Positions 9,499 through 18,317 of a stretch of DNA of 64,000 nt are shown piece by piece (the stretch's first letter is position 1; each line of letters starts with the position of its first letter). This DNA comes from Actinomycetes bacterium (GTDB lineage: Bacteria > Actinomycetota > Actinomycetes > Prado026): the NCBI GenBank assembly GCA_036510875.1, contig DATCDE010000007.1, forward strand, positions 3,055 through 67,054, read 5' to 3'. The notes beneath the pieces were generated by a model, which saw nothing but the letters and a program-made list of their open reading frames with translations, was not told the DNA's origin and searched no databases. The position numbers and the translations under genes were made by a program.

Positions 9499-10236
9499 TC
9501 AGCCAAACACGTTTGTTGAGGTGACGGCTCCACCGGGGCTGACCTTGGAGTCCGGGGTGAGCAGGGCGAAGTACAGCTGACCCTGTTGGGTGGCGTAGAT
9601 GATCTTGGTGGCCTCCTGCTGGGTGAGGGCCAGGGTGAGGATCGTCCGCGGGATCTGCTCTGAGTTCTGCTGCCCGCTGGAGTCGGTCGTGGTCTTGGTC
9701 ACCGTGGTCGTGTTGCCGACCCCGACGACGGTCACCCGGGGGAGCAGGATCTGGGTGACGCTGGTTTGGGCCGCGGCGGTTCCGGACGAGATGGTTGCGA
9801 AAACCGAGACCTCGGACCCGTTGCTCACGAACCCGGCTACCCGCTCCGGGTCGCCCAGCTGGACGCTCACCGCGATCTTCCCGGCTGGGATCGGCAGCGT
9901 GCTCTGCGAGCCGGCAGGACCGAACTGCTGCTGGAGGATCTGCTCGCCAGGGAAGATCGGAGACAGGGCCACCAGGGCTGCCACCGCGGTGATGTCACTC
10001 AGGGCTCCTTTTGCGACCGAGTTCTGGGCCACCTCGCGCGGTTCAAGTGCCCCGCTTTCGGCAGCCGAGGAGCCCGTCGTACCGGCGGAGATCTGGGACT
10101 TGGCGAAGAGTACCTTGACCAGCTGTTGCCCGGCTGCTGCGCGCTGGTCGGCTCCTCGGGCGTAGAGGAACACCAGGCCGGTTCCCAGTGCCGCGACAAG
10201 TAGCGCGGCCACGAGCAGGATCGTTCTGCGTCCCAT
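9499..10236 (-). CDS. cpaB: Flp pilus assembly protein CpaB/RcpC (SAF domain).
   Basis: N-terminal TM (MGRRTILLVAALLVAALGTGLVFLYA) and a Thr/Ser/Gly-rich beta-type domain typical of CpaB. RBS GAGAGG lies upstream. Confidence 0.75.
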   Translation of the reverse strand: MGRRTILLVAALLVAALGTGLVFLYARGADQRAAAGQQLVKVLFAKSQISAGTTGSSAAESGALEPREVAQNSVAKGALSDITAVAALVALSPIFPGEQILQQQFGPAGSQSTLPIPAGKIAVSVQLGDPERVAGFVSNGSEVSVFATISSGTAAAQTSVTQILLPRVTVVGVGNTTTVTKTTTDSSGQQNSEQIPRTILTLALTQQEATKIIYATQQGQLYFALLTPDSKVSPGGAVTSTNVFG

Positions 10237-10536
10237 GGGTTTCCTCTCAGCGGTCCTCGGGAACGTGGAAACCCCGGCTCAGGATGGGCGCAGCGTACGC
10301 GTTCACGCAGCGTCCCTGCTCGACTACACCCCGTGCCACGCGCCCCCCTGCCGACAGCGGACCACCGTCACCTATCTTGCGTTTTGTGTGTCCCGCCTGT
10401 CTGCCTCTTTTGGATGAGCAACACTACCGAGCGTGAGCAGTTCAGACCGTGGGACAGCGGGTTCGACCTGAAGGGATGACGCGGATTCGGGCCGAACGGC
10501 CGACGGCGCGCCCGGTGTGCGGCTTTCTGGCTGGGC

Positions 10537-12327
10537 TCAGCGGTAGATGGCGTCGATCTCGGCGGCGAATCGCTCCATCACGACCCCCCGCCTGAGTTTC
10601 ATCGTCGGGGTGAGCTGGCCGCTCGACTCGGTGAAGTCCTCGGTGAGAAGGCTGAACTTCTTGATCGCCTCGGCGTGGGAGACCGCTTTGTTGGCGTCGT
10701 CCACGGCGGCCTGGACGGCGGCCAGCACCTCCGGGTCCTCGACGACGGCGGCCGGCGGCAGGTCGGCCGGTTTGCCGTGGGCGGTCAGCCAGCCGGGCAG
10801 GGACTCGGCGTCGAGGGTCACCAGGGCCGCGATGAACGGTTGGCGGTCACCCACGACCATGCAGTGGCTGATCAGCTGATGCGCGCGCAGCCGGTCCTCG
10901 AGCACCGCCGGGGCCACGTTCTTGCCCCCGGCGGTGACGATGAGCTCCTTCTTTCGCCCGGTGATGAACAGGTAGCCGTCGTCGTCCAGCCGGCCGATGT
11001 CGCCGGTGTGGAACCAGCCGTCCGGTTCCAGGGCCTCCTTGGTCGCCGTCTCGTTGCGCCAGTAGCCGACGAACACGTGGTCGCCCTTGAGCAGGACCTC
11101 GCCGTCCTCGGCGATCCGGACCGACCCGCCGGGGATCGGCTGGCCCACCGACCCGACCCGGATCGCGTCCGGCCGGTTGATGGTGGCGCCCGCGGAGGTC
11201 TCGGTGAGGCCGTAGCCCTCCAAGATGGTGATCCCGGCGCCGCGGAAGAAGTGGCCCAGGCGCGCACCCAGCGGTGCGCCGCCCGACACGGCGTACTCGA
11301 TCCGCCCGCCCATGCGCTCCCGCAGCTTGCTGTAGACGAGCCGGTCGAACAGCGCGTGCTGCAGCCGGACCCCCAGGCCCGGGCCGCCGGCGTCCAGCCC
11401 CTCGCTGTAGGCGACGGCTGTGGCGGCGGCGCGCTCGAAGATCTTGCCCTTGCCCTCGGCGGTGGCCTTGGCCTGGGCGCCGTTGAAGACCTTTTCGAAC
11501 ACGCGGGGCACGGAAAGGATGAAAGTCGGCCGGAAGCCGGCCAGGTCGTCCAGCAGCGCGGCCGGGTCCGCGGTGTGCCCGAGCACGACCCCGGCGTGGA
11601 CGCACCCGATCTGGATGAGCCGGCCGAACACGTGCGCCAGCGGGATGAACAGCAGCGTCGACTTGCCGGGCCCGAAGACCTCGCCGAGCCCGGCCACCAC
11701 GTTGGTCACGTCGGCCAGCATGTTGTGGTGGGTCAGCTCGCAGCCCTTGGGGCGCCCCGTGGTCCCGGAGGTGTAGATCAAAGTGCCCAGGCTGTCTGCT
11801 GTCAGCGTGCGTCGACGCTCCTCGACGTCGGCGTCGGGCACCTCGGCCCCCGCCTCCACGAGCGCGTCGATCGCGCCCGAGTCGATCCGCCACACGTTGC
11901 CGACGTTGGGGACGGCGGCCAGCACCTCGGTGACCGTCCGCTCGTGCTCCTCGTGCTCGACGAAGCAGGCGACCGCGCCCGAGTCGGTCAGGATCCACTC
12001 CACCTGCTCGGCCGAGGAGGTCTCGTAGATCGGCACCGGAACCGCGCCGGCGGCCCACAGCGCGAAGTCGGCGAGGGTCCACTCGTAACGGGTGCGGGAC
12101 ATGATGCCCACCCGGTCGCCGGGGCCGACCCCGGAGGCCATCAGCCCCTTCGCCAAGTCGGTCACCTCGGCCAGGAACTGCCGGGAGGTGACGTCCTGCC
12201 ACCGATCACCGACCTTGCGTCGGAACTGCACCCGGTGGGGGGTCCGGACGGCGTTGTCGTAGACCAGATCGGAGAGGTTGCGCTCGGTGGGCACCTCTGC
12301 GGCGGCGGGGACGCTGAACTCGTGCAC
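10537..12327 (-). CDS. fadD: Long-chain-fatty-acid-CoA ligase (AMP-binding, FadD15-like).
   Basis: IYTSGTTGRPKG, EGYGLTET, TGDIGRLDDDGYLFITGRKKE motifs. Proposed GTG start is at VHEFSVP (12327); the longer ORF runs to 12525. Confidence 0.85.
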   Translation of the reverse strand: MHEFSVPAAAEVPTERNLSDLVYDNAVRTPHRVQFRRKVGDRWQDVTSRQFLAEVTDLAKGLMASGVGPGDRVGIMSRTRYEWTLADFALWAAGAVPVPIYETSSAEQVEWILTDSGAVACFVEHEEHERTVTEVLAAVPNVGNVWRIDSGAIDALVEAGAEVPDADVEERRRTLTADSLGTLIYTSGTTGRPKGCELTHHNMLADVTNVVAGLGEVFGPGKSTLLFIPLAHVFGRLIQIGCVHAGVVLGHTADPAALLDDLAGFRPTFILSVPRVFEKVFNGAQAKATAEGKGKIFERAAATAVAYSEGLDAGGPGLGVRLQHALFDRLVYSKLRERMGGRIEYAVSGGAPLGARLGHFFRGAGITILEGYGLTETSAGATINRPDAIRVGSVGQPIPGGSVRIAEDGEVLLKGDHVFVGYWRNETATKEALEPDGWFHTGDIGRLDDDGYLFITGRKKELIVTAGGKNVAPAVLEDRLRAHQLISHCMVVGDRQPFIAALVTLDAESLPGWLTAHGKPADLPPAAVVEDPEVLAAVQAAVDDANKAVSHAEAIKKFSLLTEDFTESSGQLTPTMKLRRGVVMERFAAEIDAIYR

Positions 12328-12400
12328 GGTCGCGGCCTCCCGGTTGGGGTCGTGGTCGGACCAAACTAGGGCCTCGGGGCCGCGATGGCATGCTCTTGCC

Positions 12401-12862
12401 GTGCCCTGGGTCGACCTCATCGACGAGACCTTCATCGTCGCCGCACCCGGTGAGCTGGCCGCGGTGGTCCACGACCCGCAGCGGTGGCGCAGCTGGTGGC
12501 CGGGCCTGCAGCTCGCCGTGTTCATGGACCGCGGGGAGCAGGGGGTGCGCTGGTCGGTGACCGGCGACCTCGTCGGGTCGGCCGAGATCTGGCTGGAGCC
12601 GTTTGGTGACGGCGTCGTCGTCCACCACTACCTGCGGGCCGACCCGACCCGGCCCGGCAGCCGCACGCAGGTGGTCGAGGGCGCTCCCGCCGCGCTGGCG
12701 CGACTGGCCGACCGGATCCGCCGGCGCCACGCGCTGGCGTGGAAGCGCTCGGTGAACGCACTCAAGGACGAGCTGGAGGCCGGCCGGCCCCCGGGAACCC
12801 CGCGGACCGGGGTCAAGCCAACGCCCGAGGCTGCCGAACCATTAACCCGTGAGGGTGACTGA
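12401..12862 (+). CDS. SRPBCC family protein (polyketide cyclase/dehydrase-like).
   Basis: About 153 aa with WVDLIDETFIVAAP...W...VVHHYLRADP. GTG start; sits divergent from fadD. Confidence 0.55.
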   Translation: MPWVDLIDETFIVAAPGELAAVVHDPQRWRSWWPGLQLAVFMDRGEQGVRWSVTGDLVGSAEIWLEPFGDGVVVHHYLRADPTRPGSRTQVVEGAPAALARLADRIRRRHALAWKRSVNALKDELEAGRPPGTPRTGVKPTPEAAEPLTREGD

Positions 12863-13313
12863 TCCACGCTGCCCGCAGTGCAGCGCCCTGGTGCGGGCCG
12901 GCTCGTCCTGGTGCACGCTGTGCCACGCCGACCTGCGTCCCCCGGAGGAGCGGCCGGTAGCACAGCCGGCCCCGGTGCCGGTCGAGCCGGCCCCCGGACA
13001 GCGCCGGCACGCCCGGCAGGCCCGTGGCGCGTCCCTGCAGACCCTGGAGTCGGCCGAGACCGCTGAGCAGGTCGAGCAGGTCGAGGTGGCTGATCTCGCC
13101 GAGCCGGCGCCGCCGGTGCAGTCCCTCGAGGACGTCGACATCGACGCGATGTTCGCCCTCCTGGCGGCCGAGCACACCGACCCGCTCCTCAACGAGCTCC
13201 CGGGGCGGCTGAGCACCAAGTCGTCCAAGACGGTGGTGATCGCCGGCGGGATGGTGCTGATCACGGCCATCGGACTGATCTCGATGGTGATCCTCGGCAC
13301 CCTCTTCGGCTGA
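12849..13313 (+). CDS. Hypothetical protein: N-terminal zinc ribbon (CPQC...CTLC), acidic linker and a C-terminal TM helix.
   Basis: CxxC...CxxC at the N-terminus and a hydrophobic C-terminus VVIAGGMVLITAIGLISMVILGTLFG. Confidence 0.4.
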   Translation: MRVTDPRCPQCSALVRAGSSWCTLCHADLRPPEERPVAQPAPVPVEPAPGQRRHARQARGASLQTLESAETAEQVEQVEVADLAEPAPPVQSLEDVDIDAMFALLAAEHTDPLLNELPGRLSTKSSKTVVIAGGMVLITAIGLISMVILGTLFG

Positions 13314-13384
13314 TCTGCCCCTCATCCGGGAGGGGCGAGGGAGGCTAGGCTGCGGGCCACCGATCAGCGGGAGGGCGCAGGAGC

Positions 13385-13819
13385 ATGGCGGACCAGACCG
13401 AGTCGAGCATCGTCATCGCCGCCTCGACGGGCGACGTCATGGGCGTGATCACCGACTTCGAGTCCTATCCCGAGTGGAACGACGAGGTGAAGCTCGTCGA
13501 GGTGCTCAGCATCTTCGAGGACACCGACCTGCCAGCGGAGGTCCGCTTCATCCTGGACGCCGGCGCGATCAAGGACGACTACGTCCTGGAGTACGACTGG
13601 GTCAGCGACACCGAGCTGCGCTGGAGCCTGGTGCGCGGCGAGATCCTCAAGACCATGGACGGCGTGTACCTGCTCGGCGCCGTCGACGGCGGGACCGAGG
13701 TGTCCTACCGGCTGTCGGTGGACGTCAAGATCCCGATGATCGGCATGATCAAGCGCAAGGCGGAGAAAGTGATCATCGACCGGGCGCTCAAGGGGCTCAA
13801 GCAGCGCGTCGAGGGCTGA
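13385..13819 (+). CDS. SRPBCC (cyclase/dehydrase) family protein.
   Basis: 144 aa: IVIAASTGDVMGVITDFESYPEWNDEVK... typical START/Bet v1-like fold. Confidence 0.65.
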   Translation: MADQTESSIVIAASTGDVMGVITDFESYPEWNDEVKLVEVLSIFEDTDLPAEVRFILDAGAIKDDYVLEYDWVSDTELRWSLVRGEILKTMDGVYLLGAVDGGTEVSYRLSVDVKIPMIGMIKRKAEKVIIDRALKGLKQRVEG

Positions 13820-13856
13820 CCCTTACCGGCCTCGGCGACCGGTAGCGTGGTGGCCC

Positions 13857-15044
13857 ATGCGTGTCCTGCTGTTCACCGGCAAGGGCGGGGTCGGGAAGAC
13901 CACCGCCGCTGCCGGCACGGCCGCGCTGGCCGCCTCGCGCGGATTGAAGACCCTCGTGCTGTCCACCGACGCGGCCCACTCGCTGGCTGACGCGCTCGGC
14001 GCACCGATCGGCGGCGAGCCCACCGAGCTGGCCGATGGGCTGTTCGGCCAGCAGGTCGACGTGCAGCGCCGCTTCGAGAGCAGCTGGCGGGAGATCCAGG
14101 AGTACCTGCTCGCCGTCCTCGACACTGCCGGGGTCGACCCGATCGAGGCCGAGGAGTTGACCGTGCTCCCAGGCGCCGAGGAGGTCCTCGCGCTGCTCGA
14201 GGTGCGCGACCAGGTGCGCTCGGGCCGCTGGGACCTCGTGGTCGTCGACTGCGCGCCCACGGCTGAGACGCTGCGGCTGCTGGCCTTGCCGGAGGCGCTC
14301 GGCTGGTACATGAACCGGGTGTTCCCGGTCGAGCGGCGGGTGGTCCGGTCGCTTCGGCCGGTGCTCGGGCGGGTCGCTGGCGTCCCGATGCCTCGGGACA
14401 AGGTCTTCGACGCCGTCGAGCGGCTGCACGCCGAGCTGGCCGAGGTGCGCGAGGTGCTCACCGACCCGGCCACCTCGGTCCGGCTGGTCCTCACCCCCGA
14501 GTCGGTGGTCGTGGCCGAGGCCCGGCGCACCCTGACCTCGCTGTCCCTGCACGGCTACACGGTGGACGCTGTGGTCGCCAACCGGGTCTTCCCGGCCGAC
14601 GGCGCGGACCCGTGGCGGCAGCAGTGGGTGCGGGCGCAGGGCGAGCAGCTGGCCGACATCGATGCGTCGTTCGCCCCGCTGCCGGTCTATCGCTCGCCCT
14701 ACCAGGCCAGCGAGCCGGTGGGGTTGCGCGCGCTGGTCGAGTTCGCGGAGGCGGCGTATGGCGAGGACGTCGACGCGTTCGCGGAGTCGCCCGGCCACGA
14801 GCTGCTCACTGTCGAGCGGTCGGGGGAGGAGTTCGTGCTCTCGCTGGCGCTGCCCTTCGCCGACAAGGCGGACACCGCGCTGGTCCGCAAGGGCGACGAG
14901 CTGGTCGTCACGGTGGGCTCCTCGCGCCGGGTGCTCGCGCTGCCGAGCGCGTTGCGCCGCTGCACGGTCGTGGGGGCCGCGCTGCGGGATGGCCGGCTTA
15001 GGATCCGATTCGAGCCGGACCCGGCGCTGTGGATGGGGCTGTGA
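13857..15044 (+). CDS. ArsA/GET3-family ATPase (anion-transporting ATPase-like).
   Basis: MRVLLFTGKGGVGKTTAAAGTAALAA, DTAHSLADALG, VVDCAPTAETLRLLALPEAL motifs. Confidence 0.85.
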   Translation: MRVLLFTGKGGVGKTTAAAGTAALAASRGLKTLVLSTDAAHSLADALGAPIGGEPTELADGLFGQQVDVQRRFESSWREIQEYLLAVLDTAGVDPIEAEELTVLPGAEEVLALLEVRDQVRSGRWDLVVVDCAPTAETLRLLALPEALGWYMNRVFPVERRVVRSLRPVLGRVAGVPMPRDKVFDAVERLHAELAEVREVLTDPATSVRLVLTPESVVVAEARRTLTSLSLHGYTVDAVVANRVFPADGADPWRQQWVRAQGEQLADIDASFAPLPVYRSPYQASEPVGLRALVEFAEAAYGEDVDAFAESPGHELLTVERSGEEFVLSLALPFADKADTALVRKGDELVVTVGSSRRVLALPSALRRCTVVGAALRDGRLRIRFEPDPALWMGL

Positions 15045-15382
15045 CCACTCCGAGCGGCGGTGCCGCGCCCGGCCCGGGTCTTGGCAGTGCCGCCGAGGAG
15101 GCCGCGCGGCTGTTCGAGGCCGTGCAGGACTGGGCCAAGCGCAGCGCTGGGAGCGGCGCGTCCTCGGTCGGGGAGCGCATCGCGACCGGGTCGGCGGAGT
15201 GCCAGCTGTGCCCGGTCTGCCAGCTCATTGGACTGGTGCGGGCCACCCGGCCCGAGGTCGCCGAGCACCTCGCGGAGGCGGCCGCGTCGCTGCTGGCCGC
15301 CGTCCGGGCCGCCGTCGTCGCCCACGAGCGTGAGTGGTCGGCGCGCCGGGCGGCCCCGGTCGAACGGATCGACATCGGATGA
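15029..15382 (+). CDS. Small conserved actinobacterial hypothetical protein that follows the ArsA-like gene.
   Basis: 117 aa with a CQLCPVCQLIG motif. It overlaps the ArsA end and the glucokinase start (operon-like). The true start may be an internal GTG. Confidence 0.4.
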   Translation: MDGAVTTPSGGAAPGPGLGSAAEEAARLFEAVQDWAKRSAGSGASSVGERIATGSAECQLCPVCQLIGLVRATRPEVAEHLAEAAASLLAAVRAAVVAHEREWSARRAAPVERIDIG

Positions 15383-16320
15383 GCCTCACCGTGGGAGTGG
15401 ACGTCGGCGGGACCAAGGTCGCCGCCGGCGTCGTGGACGAGGACGGCGTGGTGCTGGTCCGGCGCCGTCGGTCCAGCGCGGCCCAGCAGACCGGTGCGAC
15501 CGAGCAGGTGATCGCCGAGCTGGTGTCCGAGCTGGCCGAGGCCCACCCGGTGGTCGCGGTGGGCGTGGGGGCCCCCGGGCTGGTCGACGAGACCCGCTCG
15601 GTGGTCCGGTTCGCGCCGAACCTGGCCTGGCACGACCTGCCCCTGGGTGCCCAGCTGGGCGAGCTGACAGGGCTGCCGGTCGTGGTCGAGAACGACGCCA
15701 ACGCGGCGGCTTGGGCCGAGTACCGGTTCGGCGCGGCCCGCGGCCGGGAGGAGGTCGTGGTCGTCACGGTTGGCACCGGGATCGGTGGCGGGCTGGTCCT
15801 GGGAGGGACGCTGCGGCGCGGCCGGTTCGGCCTGGCCGGCGAGATCGGCCACCTGGTCCTCGAGTCTGGGGGCCGGTTGTGCGCGTGCGGCCGGCGCGGC
15901 TGCTGGGAGCAGTACGCCAGCGGCAACGCACTGCTGCGGGAGGCCCGCACCCGGGCAGCCGAGGACCGGGCCGGTGCGCAGCTGCTGCTGTCCCTCGGAG
16001 ACGGGACTCCGGAAGGTGTCTCGGGCAAGCACATCAGCCTGGCCGCCGAAGGCGGTGACCCGGTGGCGCTGGCCGCGTTCTCGGAGATCGGCCAGTGGCT
16101 CGGACGAGGTATGGCCGAGCTGGCCGCCGTGCTCGACCCCGGCTGCTTCGTGATCGGTGGTGGCGTGTCCGAGGCCGGTGAGCTGCTGCTCGGCCCGGCC
16201 CGCGACGCCCACCGCACCTATCTCGTAGGGGCGGGCATCCGCCCGTTCCCCGAGATCGTCGCGGCCGAGCTCGGCAACGAGGCCGGACTCGTCGGAGCCG
16301 CCGACCTGGCCCGGGTCTAG
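15379..16320 (+). CDS. glk: ROK-family glucokinase.
   Basis: MSLTVGVDVGGTKVAAGVVD, ENDANAAAWAE, GTGIGGG, GHLVLESGGRLCACGRRGCWEQYASG (the ROK zinc motif). Confidence 0.85.
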   Translation: MSLTVGVDVGGTKVAAGVVDEDGVVLVRRRRSSAAQQTGATEQVIAELVSELAEAHPVVAVGVGAPGLVDETRSVVRFAPNLAWHDLPLGAQLGELTGLPVVVENDANAAAWAEYRFGAARGREEVVVVTVGTGIGGGLVLGGTLRRGRFGLAGEIGHLVLESGGRLCACGRRGCWEQYASGNALLREARTRAAEDRAGAQLLLSLGDGTPEGVSGKHISLAAEGGDPVALAAFSEIGQWLGRGMAELAAVLDPGCFVIGGGVSEAGELLLGPARDAHRTYLVGAGIRPFPEIVAAELGNEAGLVGAADLARV

Positions 16321-16330
16321 CCGACCGGCG

Positions 16331-17404
16331 TCACTTGTAGAGCGAGACTCCGGTCACACCCATGTCGCAGCTGGAGCCGAAAGCGCATGACCCGCCAGCT
16401 CCTGGGTAGCTGCTCGTCGAGTAGTTGACATACTGGAATTCCAAGAAGTCGACCTTGTTGTCGATGTATTTGGCCGCCTTGCTGGCATCCCAGCAGGATC
16501 CCCTGCCGATCTTGTTGTTCAGGGAGTATCCGCAGATCTTCGCGCCCACGAACGCCACGGTGTCGAACGATGGGTTGTTGACGCCGCGCGTGTGGTTGTA
16601 CCGGGTGACGACGGGCAGTAGCACGACTTGATCGAGCAGCGAGGTCAGCGGTCCGTCTATCTCGCCGGGGCGCGGCATTCGTCCAGCGGGGAGTTGCCGG
16701 TCGATTGTGATCGCTCCGGGGTAGCCATTTCGGGTCCAGTCCGCGAGGTCGTTGGCGCCATACGCGCCCCCGTTGAAGTCGACCGTCCCCCAGTTCCCGG
16801 GCTCGGTCGTTCCGCAGATCCCGATCTTGTTGTTCAGGTCGGCTACGAAAGTCTGGTTCGGGCGCGCCATGGCGTTCTGCGCCGTGGCTAGACAGATGGC
16901 GAAGGGACGCAGGCCGGTCACCGTGGTGGCCGGCCCGATCCGCGCGGTTGCCTGCTGCTTCGGCGTCAACGGCTGGGGGTTTCCACCGAACAGCTTCAGT
17001 GCCGACAGGAAGAACGACTGGACCTCCTTGGAGTTGCTGACCTGAACCTCGATAGCAGTTCCGTTGTCCACGCAGCGGGGTTGGCCGACGACGATGCTCG
17101 AGCCTGGCGCTGTCCCCTGTTCCGAAGCCTGAGCCGCGCTGATGGCCGCAGAGATGGCCGTAGACGTCAGCACCTCCTCGCAGTTCCCGGGGTTGATCGG
17201 CGCGACTTCACCGATCCGTCCAGCAGCCGCCAGCGCGGCACCGTCGGCCGCGACCGAGAGGTTGCGTTTGGTGGCCCAGGCGGCGCTGACGTCGACCGCG
17301 GCTGCTGCCATCAGCATCAGCAACGGCAACAGGATCGCTACCAGGGCCGCCACCGCACCCTCGTCGCGCCGAGATGGCACCCGTCGACTCAGCTGAACTC
17401 GCAT
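16331..17404 (-). CDS. tadG: TadG-like (TadE/G pseudopilin family) Flp pilus assembly protein.
   Basis: ATG at 17404 gives MRVQLSRRVPSRRDEGAVAALVAILLPLLMLMAAAAVDVSAAW (TadE-like N-terminus). The ORF upstream of it is arginine-rich junk. Confidence 0.65.
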   Translation of the reverse strand: MRVQLSRRVPSRRDEGAVAALVAILLPLLMLMAAAAVDVSAAWATKRNLSVAADGAALAAAGRIGEVAPINPGNCEEVLTSTAISAAISAAQASEQGTAPGSSIVVGQPRCVDNGTAIEVQVSNSKEVQSFFLSALKLFGGNPQPLTPKQQATARIGPATTVTGLRPFAICLATAQNAMARPNQTFVADLNNKIGICGTTEPGNWGTVDFNGGAYGANDLADWTRNGYPGAITIDRQLPAGRMPRPGEIDGPLTSLLDQVVLLPVVTRYNHTRGVNNPSFDTVAFVGAKICGYSLNNKIGRGSCWDASKAAKYIDNKVDFLEFQYVNYSTSSYPGAGGSCAFGSSCDMGVTGVSLYK

Positions 17405-17892
17405 CGATACACCGCCTTGGAGGACAGCGTGATCGTGGGTCCGAGACCCAGCGGCAGAATGAACTCTGCCGGGTAGGTGGCCTTGACGATCAGGCTCGCA
17501 TTCTCGCCGTTGGACGAGTCGAGACTGTTGGTGCACGGCACCGAGGTACTCCTCGGGTTGGCGCCGGTGCCGCACGCGTTGCTGCCGTCGGACCGGGTCA
17601 CCGTGACGTTGATCAGGTTCTGCCGGTTGACCACTCCGAGGGTTCCGGCTGCAGCGGCGCGGACGTTGGCCACCACGGTGTTGCACTGCCGGTCGATGCC
17701 CCCGCCGGCGACCACCGCGGCTCGGGCACCCTCGCGTACCGCGTTGTTCACCGTCAGCTGGGCGCTGAATACCCAGCCGAAACTGATGATCCCGAAGAGC
17801 AGGAGCAGGAGGATTGGCAAAATCAGCACGAACTCCACAGCAGCCGCGCCGTCCGCGCCGAGAGCCCGCAGGCTGGCCGACCCTCGTCCCAT
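17389..17892 (-). CDS. tadE: TadE-like pseudopilin.
   Basis: AAAVEFVLILPILLLLLFGIISFGWVFSAQ is the TadE N-terminal motif. RBS AGGTGGGGGG is present. The stop overlaps the tadG start. Confidence 0.75.
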   Translation of the reverse strand: MGRGSASLRALGADGAAAVEFVLILPILLLLLFGIISFGWVFSAQLTVNNAVREGARAAVVAGGGIDRQCNTVVANVRAAAAGTLGVVNRQNLINVTVTRSDGSNACGTGANPRSTSVPCTNSLDSSNGENASLIVKATYPAEFILPLGLGPTITLSSKAVYRCEFS

Positions 17893-18212
17893 AGCCCCCC
17901 ACCTGCCTAGTCCGGACCCGCACCGTGGTGCGCACCCCCGACGACGGTGATCAGGCTACGCCGTCTGATGAGGGCCCGGATCGGACGTTCGTCTGCTCGG
18001 GCACCACCCGGATGACTCAACTGCACGGCGTGACTGGCCGGTCACCCAGGGCGAGGTGAGTGGGCTCAGCTGCGGTGGAACAGGCGCTGTCGCAGGGTGC
18101 CGCGGCTGCGGCGGTGCGGGAGCTCGAGGGACGATTCCAGAAGTCCGGCGGCGAGAAGGCTGGCCGGCCTGTACTGGCGCGACACAGAAACCACATTCCT
18201 TACGTGATCGAC

Positions 18213-18233
18213 GGTGCGGGGCGACTCCCCGCA
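18213..18233 (-). terminator. GC-rich hairpin GTGCGGGG-cgact-CCCCGCAC downstream of the 18318..19550 gene.
   Basis: Perfect 8-bp stem seen in sequence, about 85 nt after the stop codon. No clear U-tract follows, which is common in Actinobacteria. Confidence 0.35.
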
Positions 18234-18317
18234 CTCCGATTGTCCCAGCCGGTCGTAACGCTGCGTGACCGACCGCGTGATCCCGATCGGCCGGTGAGGT
18301 CGCTCACATCCAGGGTG

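Noticed and set aside
17893-18317. Candidate flp pilin or small ORFs in the 425-bp gap upstream of tadE.
   Set aside because: All three minus-strand frames were translated. Only short, non-hydrophobic, Arg/Pro-rich peptides were found, with no Flp-like leader or hydrophobic core.
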